Shown piece by piece: positions 1 through 10,431 of a DNA stretch of 64,000 bases; position 1 is the first letter of the stretch, and each line of letters begins with the position of its first letter. Location of the stretch: the NCBI GenBank assembly GCA_964507625.1, contig CAZDPR010000002.1:368-64367 (forward strand), in the 5' to 3' direction. Source of the stretch: an uncultured Candidatus Saccharibacteria bacterium. GTDB lineage: Bacteria; Patescibacteriota; Minisyncoccia; Phycocordibacterales; UBA1006. A model generated the notes under the pieces. It was given only the letters and a program-made list of their open reading frames with translations, did not search any database and was not told where the DNA came from. The position numbers were made by a program, and so were the translations under genes.

Positions 1-215
1 ATATCAGACGAACGATTCATTTTTGCATCAACCGTTTGTGACATGGTATGTATTTTGTCATCGACGGTTCGCGAGAGTTCGTTCAGTTGTTGGAGAATTA
101 ATTTCAAACCAGTATCATCTTGTTTTATTTCTGGTAAATTTTTTTTATCGTTAAACGTATTATAGAGTAGCAGTGCACATACCACTGCAAGGAGTGTAAT
201 GATAATTATTTCCAT
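1..215 (-). CDS. 5' part of a membrane-anchored coiled-coil protein, probably RmuC family (runs off the window)
   Basis: Manual translation from ATG at 215: MEIIIITLLAVVCALLLY...LILQQLNELSRTVDDKI; N-terminal TM helix then coiled coil. Confidence 0.5.
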   Translation of the reverse strand, partial: MEIIIITLLAVVCALLLYNTFNDKKNLPEIKQDDTGLKLILQQLNELSRTVDDKIHTMSQTVDAKMNRSSD

Positions 216-258
216 AGACCTTCAGTATATCACAAAAATGTGATATACTCATTACTGT

Positions 259-711
259 ATGAAACTTCAAGAAAGTATTAAAAATGGCATTAAAGACGCC
301 ATGAAAAATAAAGATTCGGTTCGATTATTGGTACTCCGAGGATTATCAACTGCTTTTATGAATTATTCAGTTGCTCATGGAGGCACACCACAAACAGAAT
401 TAACTGACGAACAGGTGATTGATATTATTACTAAAGAAGCAAAAAAAAGAAAAGATTCGATAGAGCAATTTACTAATGCTGGGCGACCAGAGCTTGCGGA
501 AAAAGAATCTTCAGAATTAGTAATTCTCAATGAATTTCTTCCAAAATTAATGACACGGGAAGAATTAATTCCTATTGTGAAATCTACAATTAATGAATTT
601 AATAGTGATAAAAGTAAAACGGGAATGATTGTGGGGTCGCTTATGAAAGAATTAAAAGGGAAAGCTGATGGAGGTCTCGTAAAATTGTTAGTAGAGGAAA
701 TGTTACAATAA
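259..711 (+). CDS. yqeY: GatB/YqeY domain protein
   Basis: AMKNKD...KKRKDSIEQF...GRPELAEKE...LKGKADG pattern. Confidence 0.9.
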   Translation: MKLQESIKNGIKDAMKNKDSVRLLVLRGLSTAFMNYSVAHGGTPQTELTDEQVIDIITKEAKKRKDSIEQFTNAGRPELAEKESSELVILNEFLPKLMTREELIPIVKSTINEFNSDKSKTGMIVGSLMKELKGKADGGLVKLLVEEMLQ

Positions 712-714
712 AGT

Positions 715-1065
715 ATGATTAAATTATTTTTAAAATGGATTATTTTAACCATTGCGGTTATGCTCGTTGCTTATATTATCCCTGGTATTACAGTTACATC
801 ATGGGGTACAGCAATTTTAGTAGCATTAGTTTTAGGGATTATTAATACTTTTATTAAACCAGTGCTTAGTCTCCTTACAATACCCATTAATATTCTCACA
901 TTAGGAGTTGTAGGGGTATTAATTAATACAACATATTTTTGGTTCGTATCCGTGATTATTAAAGGGTTTACAATTACCGGATTTTGGTCTGCAGTGTTTG
1001 GATCAATTCTCGTATCATTCTTTGTTTGGATATTTTCACTGATAGTACCTGATAATACAAAATAA
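715..1065 (+). CDS. YvlD-like four-TM membrane protein (phage holin superfamily annotation)
   Basis: GIINTFIKPVLSLLTIPINILTLG motif; hydrophobic. Confidence 0.85.
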   Translation: MIKLFLKWIILTIAVMLVAYIIPGITVTSWGTAILVALVLGIINTFIKPVLSLLTIPINILTLGVVGVLINTTYFWFVSVIIKGFTITGFWSAVFGSILVSFFVWIFSLIVPDNTK

Positions 1066-1111
1066 CATACCTGGTAGGGTATGTTATTTTTTTATGGTAA
1101 TATGATTTTAT

Positions 1112-2074
1112 ATGAAATTATTTCAAAAAATTATTCAACTTTTTTCAAAAACTATTACTATTGTGGTTCACGATGGAGGGTTTCATGCGGATGATGTAAC
1201 TGCAGTTGCTTTACTACGATTATATTATCGTGACAAAGGAAGGAAAATTAAAGTTATTCGGACGCGTGATGAGCTAATAATTAAACAAGCAGATGTAGTA
1301 TGCGATGTTGGTGGTATATATGACCCTGAAAAAAATAGGTTTGACCATCATCAGGTAGGCGGTGCCGGAAGTCGTGAAAACGGGATCCCGTATGCTTCGG
1401 TAGGTTTGGTTTGGAAAAAAATTGGGAAAGAGCTGTGTTTCCCATATGATTCGTTAGTTGAAAAAATAGATCGGGAATGTATTCAATTTATAGATGCTAA
1501 TGATAATGGTTATGATTTTGGTCAAAAACAAGAAGGTTTAGGGTCGCTTTCCTTTTCTTCTTCATTTATGATTTATAATGCTACATGGAAAGAAAAAGAA
1601 TGTTCTTGTGATAGCGATGATTATCATCGTTTTCTCTATGCGGTACAATTAGCAGAAGAATTTTTCGATCGATATATTTTGGTTTCAAAACAATCAATGG
1701 AGGCATCAGAAATTATTAAACAAGTATATGAAAGTTCTGTAGATAAAGAGGTTTTGGTTTTTGATAAAAATTTGACCCGCCCAGTATTTATTGCTCATCT
1801 GGTTAATTTCCCAGAACCTTTGTTTCATATCTATCCAGACCGATCAGGAACATGGAGTATTGAAACAGTTCCAGTAAATTTTGGAAGTTTCGACAAAAGG
1901 ATCTCATTTCCAAGCGAATGGGCAGGACTTCGTGATAAACAATTGCAAGAAAAATCTGGTTTTAACGATCTTGTATTTTGTCATAATTCATTATTTTTGT
2001 GTAAAACAAATACAAAAGAAAGTGCTTTACAAATAGCTGATTATGTTCGAAATATAAAAACTACGGGAAGGTAG
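1112..2074 (+). CDS. MYG1 (UPF0160) family exonuclease
   Basis: HDGGFHADD, DVGG.YD...FDHHQ, FCH motifs. Confidence 0.9.
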   Translation: MKLFQKIIQLFSKTITIVVHDGGFHADDVTAVALLRLYYRDKGRKIKVIRTRDELIIKQADVVCDVGGIYDPEKNRFDHHQVGGAGSRENGIPYASVGLVWKKIGKELCFPYDSLVEKIDRECIQFIDANDNGYDFGQKQEGLGSLSFSSSFMIYNATWKEKECSCDSDDYHRFLYAVQLAEEFFDRYILVSKQSMEASEIIKQVYESSVDKEVLVFDKNLTRPVFIAHLVNFPEPLFHIYPDRSGTWSIETVPVNFGSFDKRISFPSEWAGLRDKQLQEKSGFNDLVFCHNSLFLCKTNTKESALQIADYVRNIKTTGR

Positions 2075-2122
2075 TTTTTATTATTTGATTTTTTATTAAA
2101 AATGTGTTATTTTATAAAAATT

Positions 2123-3097
2123 ATGGCACTTATTGATGAAGTAATTATTTCAATCACTGCTGGGAAAGGTGGTGATGGAGTAGTACGATGGAGACAAGAA
2201 AAAGCAAAACCGCTTTCTGGACCAGGAGGAGGAAATGGTGGTCGCGGAGGCGATGTTTTTGTGATTGCAGTATCAGATATTGGATATTTAGATTTCTATC
2301 GGCATACCAAAGAATTTTTTGCTGAGAACGGGGAATCTGGGGCGAATTTTGGTCGGCAAGGAGGCGATGGTGAAGATTTAGAGTTAAAATTTCCTGTAGG
2401 ATCTATTATTACTAATAAAAATACAGGGGAAGTTTTTGAACTTACTCATGTTGGAGAACGTATTAAAGTATTAAGTGGGGGACGAGGAGGTCTTGGAAAT
2501 GAATATTTTAAAAGCTCTCGTAATGTTACTCCAAAAGAGTCAACTCCGGGAACATTGGGTGAGTTTGGTGAATTTCATATTGAACTTCGAATGTTTGCGG
2601 ATATTGGACTTGTTGGACTACCTTCTGCAGGGAAATCAACACTATTGAACGCGCTTACAAATGCAAAATCAAAAGTTGCAGAATATCACTTTACAACACT
2701 TGATCCACATCTTGGTGCATTTTATGAATTTATTATTGCAGATATTCCAGGAATTATTGAAGGAGCAGGGACTGGAAAGGGGTTAGGTATAAAATTCCTG
2801 AAACATATTGCACGAACCAAAGCAATTGCACATGTTATTGCGCTTGATTCAGAAACCATCGAACAAGATTACATAACGATTAGAAAAGAATTATCTGATT
2901 ATGATACTGAACTTGCAGAAAAAGATGAGATCATTATTTTAACAAAATTGGATATGGTTTCAGATTCAGAATTAAAAGAAAAATTGAAACTAATCAAAAA
3001 AATTGCACCCAAAAAAGAAATATTTATTGTGTCTGCTTATGACGATACTACAATAAAAACACTGAGCGACGGGCTAGTAAAATACTTACGGAAATAA
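2123..3097 (+). CDS. obgE: GTPase ObgE/CgtA (no C-terminal OCT domain)
   Basis: Gly-rich Obg fold, GLPSAGKS, FTTL, DIPG, TKLD; start moved to ATG 2123. Confidence 0.95.
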   Translation: MALIDEVIISITAGKGGDGVVRWRQEKAKPLSGPGGGNGGRGGDVFVIAVSDIGYLDFYRHTKEFFAENGESGANFGRQGGDGEDLELKFPVGSIITNKNTGEVFELTHVGERIKVLSGGRGGLGNEYFKSSRNVTPKESTPGTLGEFGEFHIELRMFADIGLVGLPSAGKSTLLNALTNAKSKVAEYHFTTLDPHLGAFYEFIIADIPGIIEGAGTGKGLGIKFLKHIARTKAIAHVIALDSETIEQDYITIRKELSDYDTELAEKDEIIILTKLDMVSDSELKEKLKLIKKIAPKKEIFIVSAYDDTTIKTLSDGLVKYLRK

Positions 3098-3144
3098 AAA
3101 ATAACAAGGTTTTCAAAACCTTGTTATTTTGGTATAGTACCACC

Positions 3145-4599
3145 ATGATTGAACGAAATGGAAAAACTTATTATCCGGTCATTGGACTTGAAATTCACGC
3201 TGAACTTGCAACCGACAGTAAAATGTTCTGTAGTTGTAAAAACGACCCTGACGAAGAAACTCCCAATAAAAATACCTGTCCGGTATGTTTGGCTCACCCA
3301 GGAACACTGCCTGTACCTAATCAAACTGCCATTGAATCAATGATAAAAATTGGACTCGCCGTAAATGGAACGATTGCAAACTTTTCTGAATTTGATCGGA
3401 AAAACTATTTTTACCCAGATATTCCGAAAGGATACCAGATTTCACAATATAAATACCCAATTGTTTCTGGTGGTGAATTAGCAGGAGTAAAAATTACACG
3501 TATTCATCTCGAGGAAGATACAGCAACATCCAAACATGATCGAGGAAATTTTTCATTAGTGGATTTTAACCGAGCCGGAGTACCTTTGATGGAACTTGTA
3601 ACAGAGCCGGTGATTCACGATTCTGAAACAGTGATAAAGTTTGCAAAAGAGCTTCAATTATTATTGCGAACATTAGGAGTAGGGCATGCAAATATTGAAA
3701 AAGGGGAAATGCGTATCGAAGTAAACGTTTCTGTTTCTACTGACCCAAATACATTTGGAACTAAAACAGAGGTAAAAAATATCGGTTCAATTACTGCAGC
3801 TGGGCGTGCAGCAGCTTATGAAATTGACCGGATGATCGCTCTCCACGAAGCAGGACGACCTGATGAAATAGTACAAGAAACGAGAGGTTGGGACGATGTA
3901 AAACAAATGACAATTTCACAACGAAAAAAAGAAAGTTCCCACGATTACCGTTATTTTCCAGATCCTGACTTACCAAAAATGTATATTCATGAAATGTTTG
4001 ATTTAGAAAAATTGAAATCAGAACTTCCAGAATTACCTTGGCAAAAACGAGAACGATATGCAAAAGATTTCGGTATTAAAGAAGAAGATATTGAAACTTA
4101 TCTTAACGATCGACCGATTGGGTATTGGTTTGAAGAAATTGCAGAAATATTACAAGATCGAGAAAAAATAAAACTTGCGTCGAATTATATTATTTCAGAT
4201 TTTCTTGGGTTGCGAAAAAATAATGAAAAAACAATTATTATTTTACCAGATCGTATTGCTGAATTAATTACAATGATTGCTGACAAGGAAATATCGTCAC
4301 GCGTTGCAAAAGATATTCTTGCAAAAATATGTATTCCTCGTGAGGAAGATGATATGATGGATTTGCGTTCTCCTCGAGAAATCGCAGAATCAGAGGGCTT
4401 GATCCAAAAGAGTGATCCAGAATTATTAAAATCAGTAGTCCAGAAAGTTATTGATGCGAATCCAGAAAAAGTCGCAGAATATAGGTCTGGTAAAGAGGCA
4501 TTGCTCATGTTTTTTGTAGGGCAAATTATGAAAGAAACAAAGGGGAGCGGGAATCCACAAATGATTCAAGATATTTTAAAACAAGAATTGAAAAAATAA
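3145..4599 (+). CDS. gatB: Asp/Glu-tRNA amidotransferase subunit B
   Basis: IGLEIHAEL, FDRKNYFYPD, DYRYFPDPDLP. Confidence 0.97.
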   Translation: MIERNGKTYYPVIGLEIHAELATDSKMFCSCKNDPDEETPNKNTCPVCLAHPGTLPVPNQTAIESMIKIGLAVNGTIANFSEFDRKNYFYPDIPKGYQISQYKYPIVSGGELAGVKITRIHLEEDTATSKHDRGNFSLVDFNRAGVPLMELVTEPVIHDSETVIKFAKELQLLLRTLGVGHANIEKGEMRIEVNVSVSTDPNTFGTKTEVKNIGSITAAGRAAAYEIDRMIALHEAGRPDEIVQETRGWDDVKQMTISQRKKESSHDYRYFPDPDLPKMYIHEMFDLEKLKSELPELPWQKRERYAKDFGIKEEDIETYLNDRPIGYWFEEIAEILQDREKIKLASNYIISDFLGLRKNNEKTIIILPDRIAELITMIADKEISSRVAKDILAKICIPREEDDMMDLRSPREIAESEGLIQKSDPELLKSVVQKVIDANPEKVAEYRSGKEALLMFFVGQIMKETKGSGNPQMIQDILKQELKK

Positions 4600-4628
4600 A
4601 AAACGAGTTTCAATGACTCGTTTTTGTT

Positions 4629-5018
4629 TTAAGAAATATATCTTTCGAACATTTCTTGTGTTGTTTCTTTGGAATATTTTTGTACGAATATTTTTTGTTC
4701 AGTTTTTTCTGAAACAAAAACTTGATATGATGCGCCAATGTGTAATAATTCTGCAGGAATGTAATTAACAATATCCATGATAATACAAGGCAAATCTTCT
4801 TCATTTTCTCTAATTATCCGAAACACAAATAGTCCATTCTTCTGGGTAGTACCAACAAGTTTTATGATAGTACTTTTTTGAAATCCTTGAATCCACTTTT
4901 TTGGAGTTGTTTCTGGGTATCTGCGATATCCTAAAGCATAAACCTCTTTTACTCCTTTTAAAAAGAAAATTATTGCAATAATTATAATTACCGCAAGTCC
5001 TAACAAAATTTTATCCAT
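4629..5018 (-). CDS. hypothetical protein with N-terminal TM anchor
   Basis: 129-aa ORF with own TTGACA-type promoter upstream. Confidence 0.6.
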   Translation of the reverse strand: MDKILLGLAVIIIIAIIFFLKGVKEVYALGYRRYPETTPKKWIQGFQKSTIIKLVGTTQKNGLFVFRIIRENEEDLPCIIMDIVNYIPAELLHIGASYQVFVSEKTEQKIFVQKYSKETTQEMFERYIS

Positions 5019-5114
5019 GTCAGTTGTTTTTTTTATTTATAACATAAACATTTTTTATTGTCAAAAATAAATTTATCAATGACTTTTTTATCTATTTTTG
5101 ATATAGTCATACAT

Positions 5115-5861
5115 ATGAACGAACAAAAAGGGCGCTCACACCCAATTTCTATTATTACCAATGATATGGTCCGTATTTTTACCAATATGGGTTTTTCTGT
5201 GGCTATGGGACCAGAAATGGAAACTGAATGGTATAACTTTGATGCATTAAATGTTGCAAAAGATCACCCTGCCCGAGACATGCAGGACACGTTTTGGATT
5301 AAAACCGATGAGAAACCGGTACTTGATGAGCAAGGAAACAGTTTACGCCCCGTAATGCGAACCCATACATCACCCGTACAAATCCGTTATATGCAAAATT
5401 TCGTACAATCTGGAAAAAGTTTGGAGGATGAAACCATTGCGATTATTGCCCCAGGGAAAGTGTTCCGCAATGAAGCCACCGATGCAACCCATGAAGCGCA
5501 ATTCCATCAAATCGAAGGATTAGTAGTTGGTAAAGAAATTTCAATGGCACACCTGAAAGGAATACTGCTCGAATTTTTCAAACAATTTATTGGACCGGAT
5601 GCAGAAATTCGTTTACGACCCAGCTATTTCCCATTCGTAGAACCGGGATTAGAAGTAGATGTAAAAGTAAAAGGGAAATGGGTAGAAATGTTAGGGGCTG
5701 GACTTGTGCACCCTCGAGTACTTGAAAATGCTGGAATTGATGCAAGTAAATATTCAGGATTAGCGTTCGGGATGGGAATTGATCGATTGGTAATGTTAAA
5801 AACAGGAATTAATGATGTTCGACATTTATATCAAGGAGATTTACGAATTAATCAGTTTTAA
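5115..5861 (+). CDS. pheS: phenylalanine-tRNA ligase alpha subunit, catalytic core only
   Basis: HPARDMQDTF, RTHTSPVQ, FPFVEP, GMGIDRL; lacks the N-terminal coiled-coil arm. Confidence 0.95.
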   Translation: MNEQKGRSHPISIITNDMVRIFTNMGFSVAMGPEMETEWYNFDALNVAKDHPARDMQDTFWIKTDEKPVLDEQGNSLRPVMRTHTSPVQIRYMQNFVQSGKSLEDETIAIIAPGKVFRNEATDATHEAQFHQIEGLVVGKEISMAHLKGILLEFFKQFIGPDAEIRLRPSYFPFVEPGLEVDVKVKGKWVEMLGAGLVHPRVLENAGIDASKYSGLAFGMGIDRLVMLKTGINDVRHLYQGDLRINQF

Positions 5862-5862
5862 T

Positions 5863-6285
5863 ATGAAAAATTTAGAAACATTTTTACAACAGCTTGATGA
5901 GTTAAATTTAGATATTAACCAATATTTTATTTCAAGTAGTGGTAGCTTAGCCGCGCGTGGAATTCGTGACTGTAATGATTTAGATGTTATTGTGACTCAA
6001 AGTTTATTTAGTAATTTAAAGAAAAGATTTCCTGCAACATTTAAAGAAAATAACTACTCTCAGATTGTCTCATATAAAAATATAGATTTTATATACATAA
6101 CAAAAGGTGACCGTAAATATTCAACAAAAGATCAGATCGATTCTTCTGATATAATATTTGGTAAACGATTTCAAAACTTGGATGTAACAAAATATTTTAA
6201 ACAACTTAGTGCACGTGAAAAAGATCTTACTGATCTTGAACTTATAAATCAATATAAGAAAAATTTAAATATTTCTGAGGAATAA
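5863..6285 (+). CDS. small nucleotidyltransferase-like hypothetical protein
   Basis: GSLAARGIRDCNDLDV resembles the GS...DxD motif. Confidence 0.55.
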   Translation: MKNLETFLQQLDELNLDINQYFISSSGSLAARGIRDCNDLDVIVTQSLFSNLKKRFPATFKENNYSQIVSYKNIDFIYITKGDRKYSTKDQIDSSDIIFGKRFQNLDVTKYFKQLSAREKDLTDLELINQYKKNLNISEE

Positions 6286-6351
6286 TTTCAAGAAAAAATT
6301 TAATTCCAGATTTTCTGATGAGATAAAATATTAAAAAATAAACTTTAAATT

Positions 6352-6951
6352 ATGGAACCAAAATTTTCACCTGAAAAACCAAAAGGAGATAAGTGGGAAC
6401 GGGCAATCCTTTTAGAGAGAGAAAAACAACCTACCCATTCTTTAATGATAAAAGCTCTTCGAGAGGTTGCAAACAAAAATTCTGCCTTGATTTTAGGGGA
6501 TGCATGCAAAGTAAATTCAAAATATTTAATTGAAGAATCAGGATTTCAATCTGTTGATAATGTAGACCAAAGCCCGCTCATTAATGATGATTACTATGTT
6601 TCTGAAAAACTTCATAATCACCAAGTCCTTTTTGGGGATTATGATTTTCCAGAAAATAAATATGATTTTATTTATGGTAAATCAATAACTTTTTTACATA
6701 AAGAAATACTTGAAAAAACTTTATTAAAAATTGAAAAGTCATTGAAGCAAGATGGAATTTTCACTTCAATTTGGTTGTTACCAAAAAATACAATGGTTTC
6801 AATAGGGAAATGGGAAAAAGAAAAAATAGAAAAAGCTTTAGGAAATTTACAACTTACAATTTTATCTCAACAAGAAATTTTACAAGAGGGTAAGAACCTA
6901 GGAGGTAAAGAAGGTGTTTCTCATTGTTTGGAAGTAGTAATGAAAAAATAA
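6352..6951 (+). CDS. divergent class I SAM-dependent methyltransferase-like protein
   Basis: ALILGDA, YDFIY, SLKQDGIF pattern. Confidence 0.55.
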   Translation: MEPKFSPEKPKGDKWERAILLEREKQPTHSLMIKALREVANKNSALILGDACKVNSKYLIEESGFQSVDNVDQSPLINDDYYVSEKLHNHQVLFGDYDFPENKYDFIYGKSITFLHKEILEKTLLKIEKSLKQDGIFTSIWLLPKNTMVSIGKWEKEKIEKALGNLQLTILSQQEILQEGKNLGGKEGVSHCLEVVMKK

Positions 6952-6953
6952 AT

Positions 6954-8747
6954 ATGAAAATCTCTTATAATTGGCTACAATCACATATTGCAGAACCATT
7001 ACCAGAACCTGCAGAACTCGCTGAAAAAATTATTTTCGGCGCTTTTGAGGTAGAAGAAAAGGAGGTAGTAGGGGATGATACAATTTTCGAAATTAAAGTT
7101 CTTCCTGATCGCGCGCATGACTGTTTGTCACACCAGGGAATGGCACGGGAAATTGCGGGATTATTGGGATCACAATTTATTGATCCGACTGAAAAATTTA
7201 TTATCCCGGAATCACAGTCAACCAAACTAGAAGTAAATATACAAACAGATTTATGCAGGCGGTATTCTGCACGAATTATTCGCAATGTAAAAATCGGACC
7301 TAGTCCTGATTGGATCGTAAAACACCTAGAATCAATTGGACAAAAAAGTATCAACAATATTGTAGATGCGACCAATTTGGTAATGTTTGATTGCGGACAA
7401 CCAACCCATGCATTTGATATTAAAAAACTTGAAAGTGAAAAAATTATTATAAAGATAGTAGATTCAGAAACTGTTATTACCACACTTTCAAACGAGGAAA
7501 AAATATTACAATCCGGAGAAATGGTTATTGCAGATGAAAAAGATATCCTCGCAATCGCAGGGGTAAAAGGTGGGAATCATGCAGAGGTGGATCAAAATAC
7601 TACCGATATACTGATAGAGGTTGCGAACTTTGATCCAACTACCGTGCGAAAAACTGCTCGTCGATTAAATATTCTAACCGATAGTGCAAAACGATTTGAA
7701 AATGAATTAACTCCAGAATTGGTCAATTATGCAATGCGGGAATTATCTGCAACCATCCTCGAAATGTGTCCTGATGCAATTTTTGAAGACATTGTTGATG
7801 TATATCCAAATCCTACCAAGCAACAACATGTGCAATTTTCTACACGTTATATTGCACAAAAACTGGGTACTGATATTTCATCAGAAAATATTGTAAACAT
7901 TCTCACACAATATCACTACGAATTCGCACAAGAAGGTGATACGTTTACCGTTGGAATTCCGTTTGAACGAATTGATATCACCGGAGCTCATGACATGGTA
8001 GAAGAAATTGGAAGAGTGTACGGATACAATAATATCCCTGCAACAATTCCAGAACTTTCCCAAAAACCTACAATACATAAGGAATACGCAAAAATTCTTG
8101 CAATAAAAAATGATTTAATACAAAAAGGGTATCACGAAGTAATGACGTATTCATTCCGTAAAAAGGGTCATTATGAAGTCGCTCGAGGTCCTGTTGGAAA
8201 ATCTGCATTGCGGAAAAATTTGATTGATGGGCTCACAGAATCATTTGAAATGAATCGATTAAATAAAGACTTCTTGGAAATTGATACTATGCAATTTTTT
8301 GAAATCGGAACTGTTTTTGAAAACAGTGGCGAGGTAATACACGTTGCGTACATTGATAAAAAACAAACCAAGGAATGTACGCTCGATGAATATATTCGTG
8401 AACATAACCTAAAAGTTTCAGACGATCATTATGAATTAATGAATACTAAAATTTCTGGAGAATTTATCCAATGGTCAGACTATCCATGTATGAGTCGCGA
8501 TATTGCTGTTTGGGTCTCTGATGATAGTTTAGCAAATGAAATTCAAAATATTATCATAGAAAATGCAGGAGAATTCATGGTAAAAGGTCCACGATTATTT
8601 GATACGTTTTCAAAAGACGGAAAAACATCTTATGCATTCCGTATGGTATTCCAAGCAAAAGACCGAACGCTTACCGAAGAAGAAGTTTCTAGTCCCATGC
8701 AAAAAATTACTGAAAAACTCACCGAACAAGACTGGGAAGTACGCTAG
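6954..8747 (+). CDS. pheT: phenylalanine-tRNA ligase beta subunit (shortened)
   Basis: MKISYNWL, PDRAHDCLSHQG, B3/4 and B5 domains, C-terminal DRTLTEEEV. Confidence 0.95.
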   Translation: MKISYNWLQSHIAEPLPEPAELAEKIIFGAFEVEEKEVVGDDTIFEIKVLPDRAHDCLSHQGMAREIAGLLGSQFIDPTEKFIIPESQSTKLEVNIQTDLCRRYSARIIRNVKIGPSPDWIVKHLESIGQKSINNIVDATNLVMFDCGQPTHAFDIKKLESEKIIIKIVDSETVITTLSNEEKILQSGEMVIADEKDILAIAGVKGGNHAEVDQNTTDILIEVANFDPTTVRKTARRLNILTDSAKRFENELTPELVNYAMRELSATILEMCPDAIFEDIVDVYPNPTKQQHVQFSTRYIAQKLGTDISSENIVNILTQYHYEFAQEGDTFTVGIPFERIDITGAHDMVEEIGRVYGYNNIPATIPELSQKPTIHKEYAKILAIKNDLIQKGYHEVMTYSFRKKGHYEVARGPVGKSALRKNLIDGLTESFEMNRLNKDFLEIDTMQFFEIGTVFENSGEVIHVAYIDKKQTKECTLDEYIREHNLKVSDDHYELMNTKISGEFIQWSDYPCMSRDIAVWVSDDSLANEIQNIIIENAGEFMVKGPRLFDTFSKDGKTSYAFRMVFQAKDRTLTEEEVSSPMQKITEKLTEQDWEVR

Positions 8748-8792
8748 TTGCAAAATACCACAATTCGTGGTATTTTTTGTGAAAATATATTT

Positions 8793-9656
8793 ATGGAACA
8801 CTGGATTTTTTATTCAATCATTGCAACTGTTGCACTGGGTATATCAATGGCACTTTATAAAACTCCTTCTCTAAAAGGGTATAGTTCGTTGGTTTCAACT
8901 TTTTGGACGAATTTATTTTCATTCCTTATTGTTGTCTTTTGTTTATTTTTTATTGGAAATATAAACATTTTTCAAGTTAAAATTTCTTGGTTTGGAATTT
9001 TCTGGGGGATACTATTTGGGATTAATATGATTTTAACAAAAAACATCCTTAAAAAGGGAGATGTTGGTTCTATTTTACCAGTAACTTCTTCACTGAGTAA
9101 TGTTTTAGTTATTTTAATAGGTTTAATAATATTGTCTGAAAAATTAACAATAATTCAAGCATTAGGAACCTTTTTAATTTTGGTATCTGTATTCTTTTTT
9201 ACAAAGAAAGATATGAATTTTCCAAAAATAAATCTGAGTGTTATATTTTTGATACTCGGAATTTTAACCACTTCTGTAATTTCAAAGTATATTCAAAAAC
9301 TCGGAGTAGTTTATGACCCAGTTGTATCCTTTATGATATTTCAATACTTGGGCGCGTCCATTATTGCTTTGTTTTTTTATCTATTTCTTGAAAAAAATAA
9401 CTTCAAAGAAATCAAAAGTTTTGGAACCTACTGGAAAAATACACTACTCATAGCCATTTTTTCTGTTTTAGGTGGGTGGGCGATATTGAAAGCTTTATCA
9501 ATCGGACCACTTTCTGGGGTATATGCAATTCATCCTGGGTATACTTTTATATCAGCATTTATTGGCTATCTATTTTTTAAAGAAAAAATGACAAGAAACA
9601 AGTTACTACTTATTCTTATAACTATTTTAGGGGTTATTCTTATAAAAATTGGATAA
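8793..9656 (+). CDS. EamA/DMT family transporter
   Basis: About 10 TM helices in two repeats ending ILSEKL and FFKEKM. Confidence 0.8.
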   Translation: MEHWIFYSIIATVALGISMALYKTPSLKGYSSLVSTFWTNLFSFLIVVFCLFFIGNINIFQVKISWFGIFWGILFGINMILTKNILKKGDVGSILPVTSSLSNVLVILIGLIILSEKLTIIQALGTFLILVSVFFFTKKDMNFPKINLSVIFLILGILTTSVISKYIQKLGVVYDPVVSFMIFQYLGASIIALFFYLFLEKNNFKEIKSFGTYWKNTLLIAIFSVLGGWAILKALSIGPLSGVYAIHPGYTFISAFIGYLFFKEKMTRNKLLLILITILGVILIKIG

Positions 9657-9724
9657 TTCAAACAGGTACGCAAGTACCTGTTTTTTCTTGCATTTTTTCA
9701 AAAATCCTGTATAGTATACCCATT

Positions 9725-10351
9725 ATGACAACAATTTCAGCACACATTCGAAACGCTTCTGAAAAATTAGAAGCAATCCGATCTGCAGGAAATATTCCTG
9801 CGGTAGTATACGGAGCAGGAATTCAGGCTCCTATGAGCATTTCTGTAGAACGAGAAGCTTTTAAAAAAGCTTGGAAAGCAGCGGGAGGTTCTTCCGCAAT
9901 TACCCTTTCAGTAGATGGAAAAAACTTTGATGTCCTTATTCATGATTTCCAAATTGACCCTGCGACAGATAACGTTATTCATGCAGACCTTCTCGCTCTG
10001 GATAAAGCTACAAAAGTAACTGTGGGAGTAGAAATTGAATTTGAAGGAATTTCACCTGCAGTAAAAGCCGGAACAGGAACACTTGAAAAAATGCTCCACG
10101 AAATTGAAGTTGAAGCACTTCCAGCAGATCTTCCAAAAAATATCATTGTTGACATTTCAAAACTTGAAAATGTTGGAGACCACATCCAAGTAAAAGATCT
10201 CGGAGTTTCATCAAAAGTTGATGTAAAAAACGATCCAGAAGATATTGTTGTGGTAGTTACTGGACTCCAAGAAGAAGTTGAATCAGCTGATGTTGATCTT
10301 TCAGCTATCGAAGTAGAACAAAAAGGTAAAAAGGAAGAAACAGAAGAATAA
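9725..10351 (+). CDS. rplY: 50S ribosomal protein L25/Ctc
   Basis: IPAVVYG, HADL, EVEALPADLP. Confidence 0.95.
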   Translation: MTTISAHIRNASEKLEAIRSAGNIPAVVYGAGIQAPMSISVEREAFKKAWKAAGGSSAITLSVDGKNFDVLIHDFQIDPATDNVIHADLLALDKATKVTVGVEIEFEGISPAVKAGTGTLEKMLHEIEVEALPADLPKNIIVDISKLENVGDHIQVKDLGVSSKVDVKNDPEDIVVVVTGLQEEVESADVDLSAIEVEQKGKKEETEE

Positions 10352-10431
10352 AAATACCCGAAACGGGTATTTTTTACTTGTGGATAACTTGGTTTCTAAG
10401 AGTCATTGTAATGTGATAGAATCTAGGGTAT

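Noticed and set aside
715-1065. Holin-family gene as a sign of a prophage
   Set aside because: YvlD-like proteins are common chromosomal genes, and no phage genes are nearby
9661-9686. GTAC-N4-GTAC match to the island LexA box upstream of rplY
   Set aside because: It is the stem and GCAA tetraloop of an intrinsic terminator (AACAGGTAC-GCAA-GTACCTGTTTTTT)
10381-10389. DnaA box TGTGGATAA (and a near match at 61703-61711) as an origin
   Set aside because: Isolated boxes; gene orientation points to a terminus, not an origin
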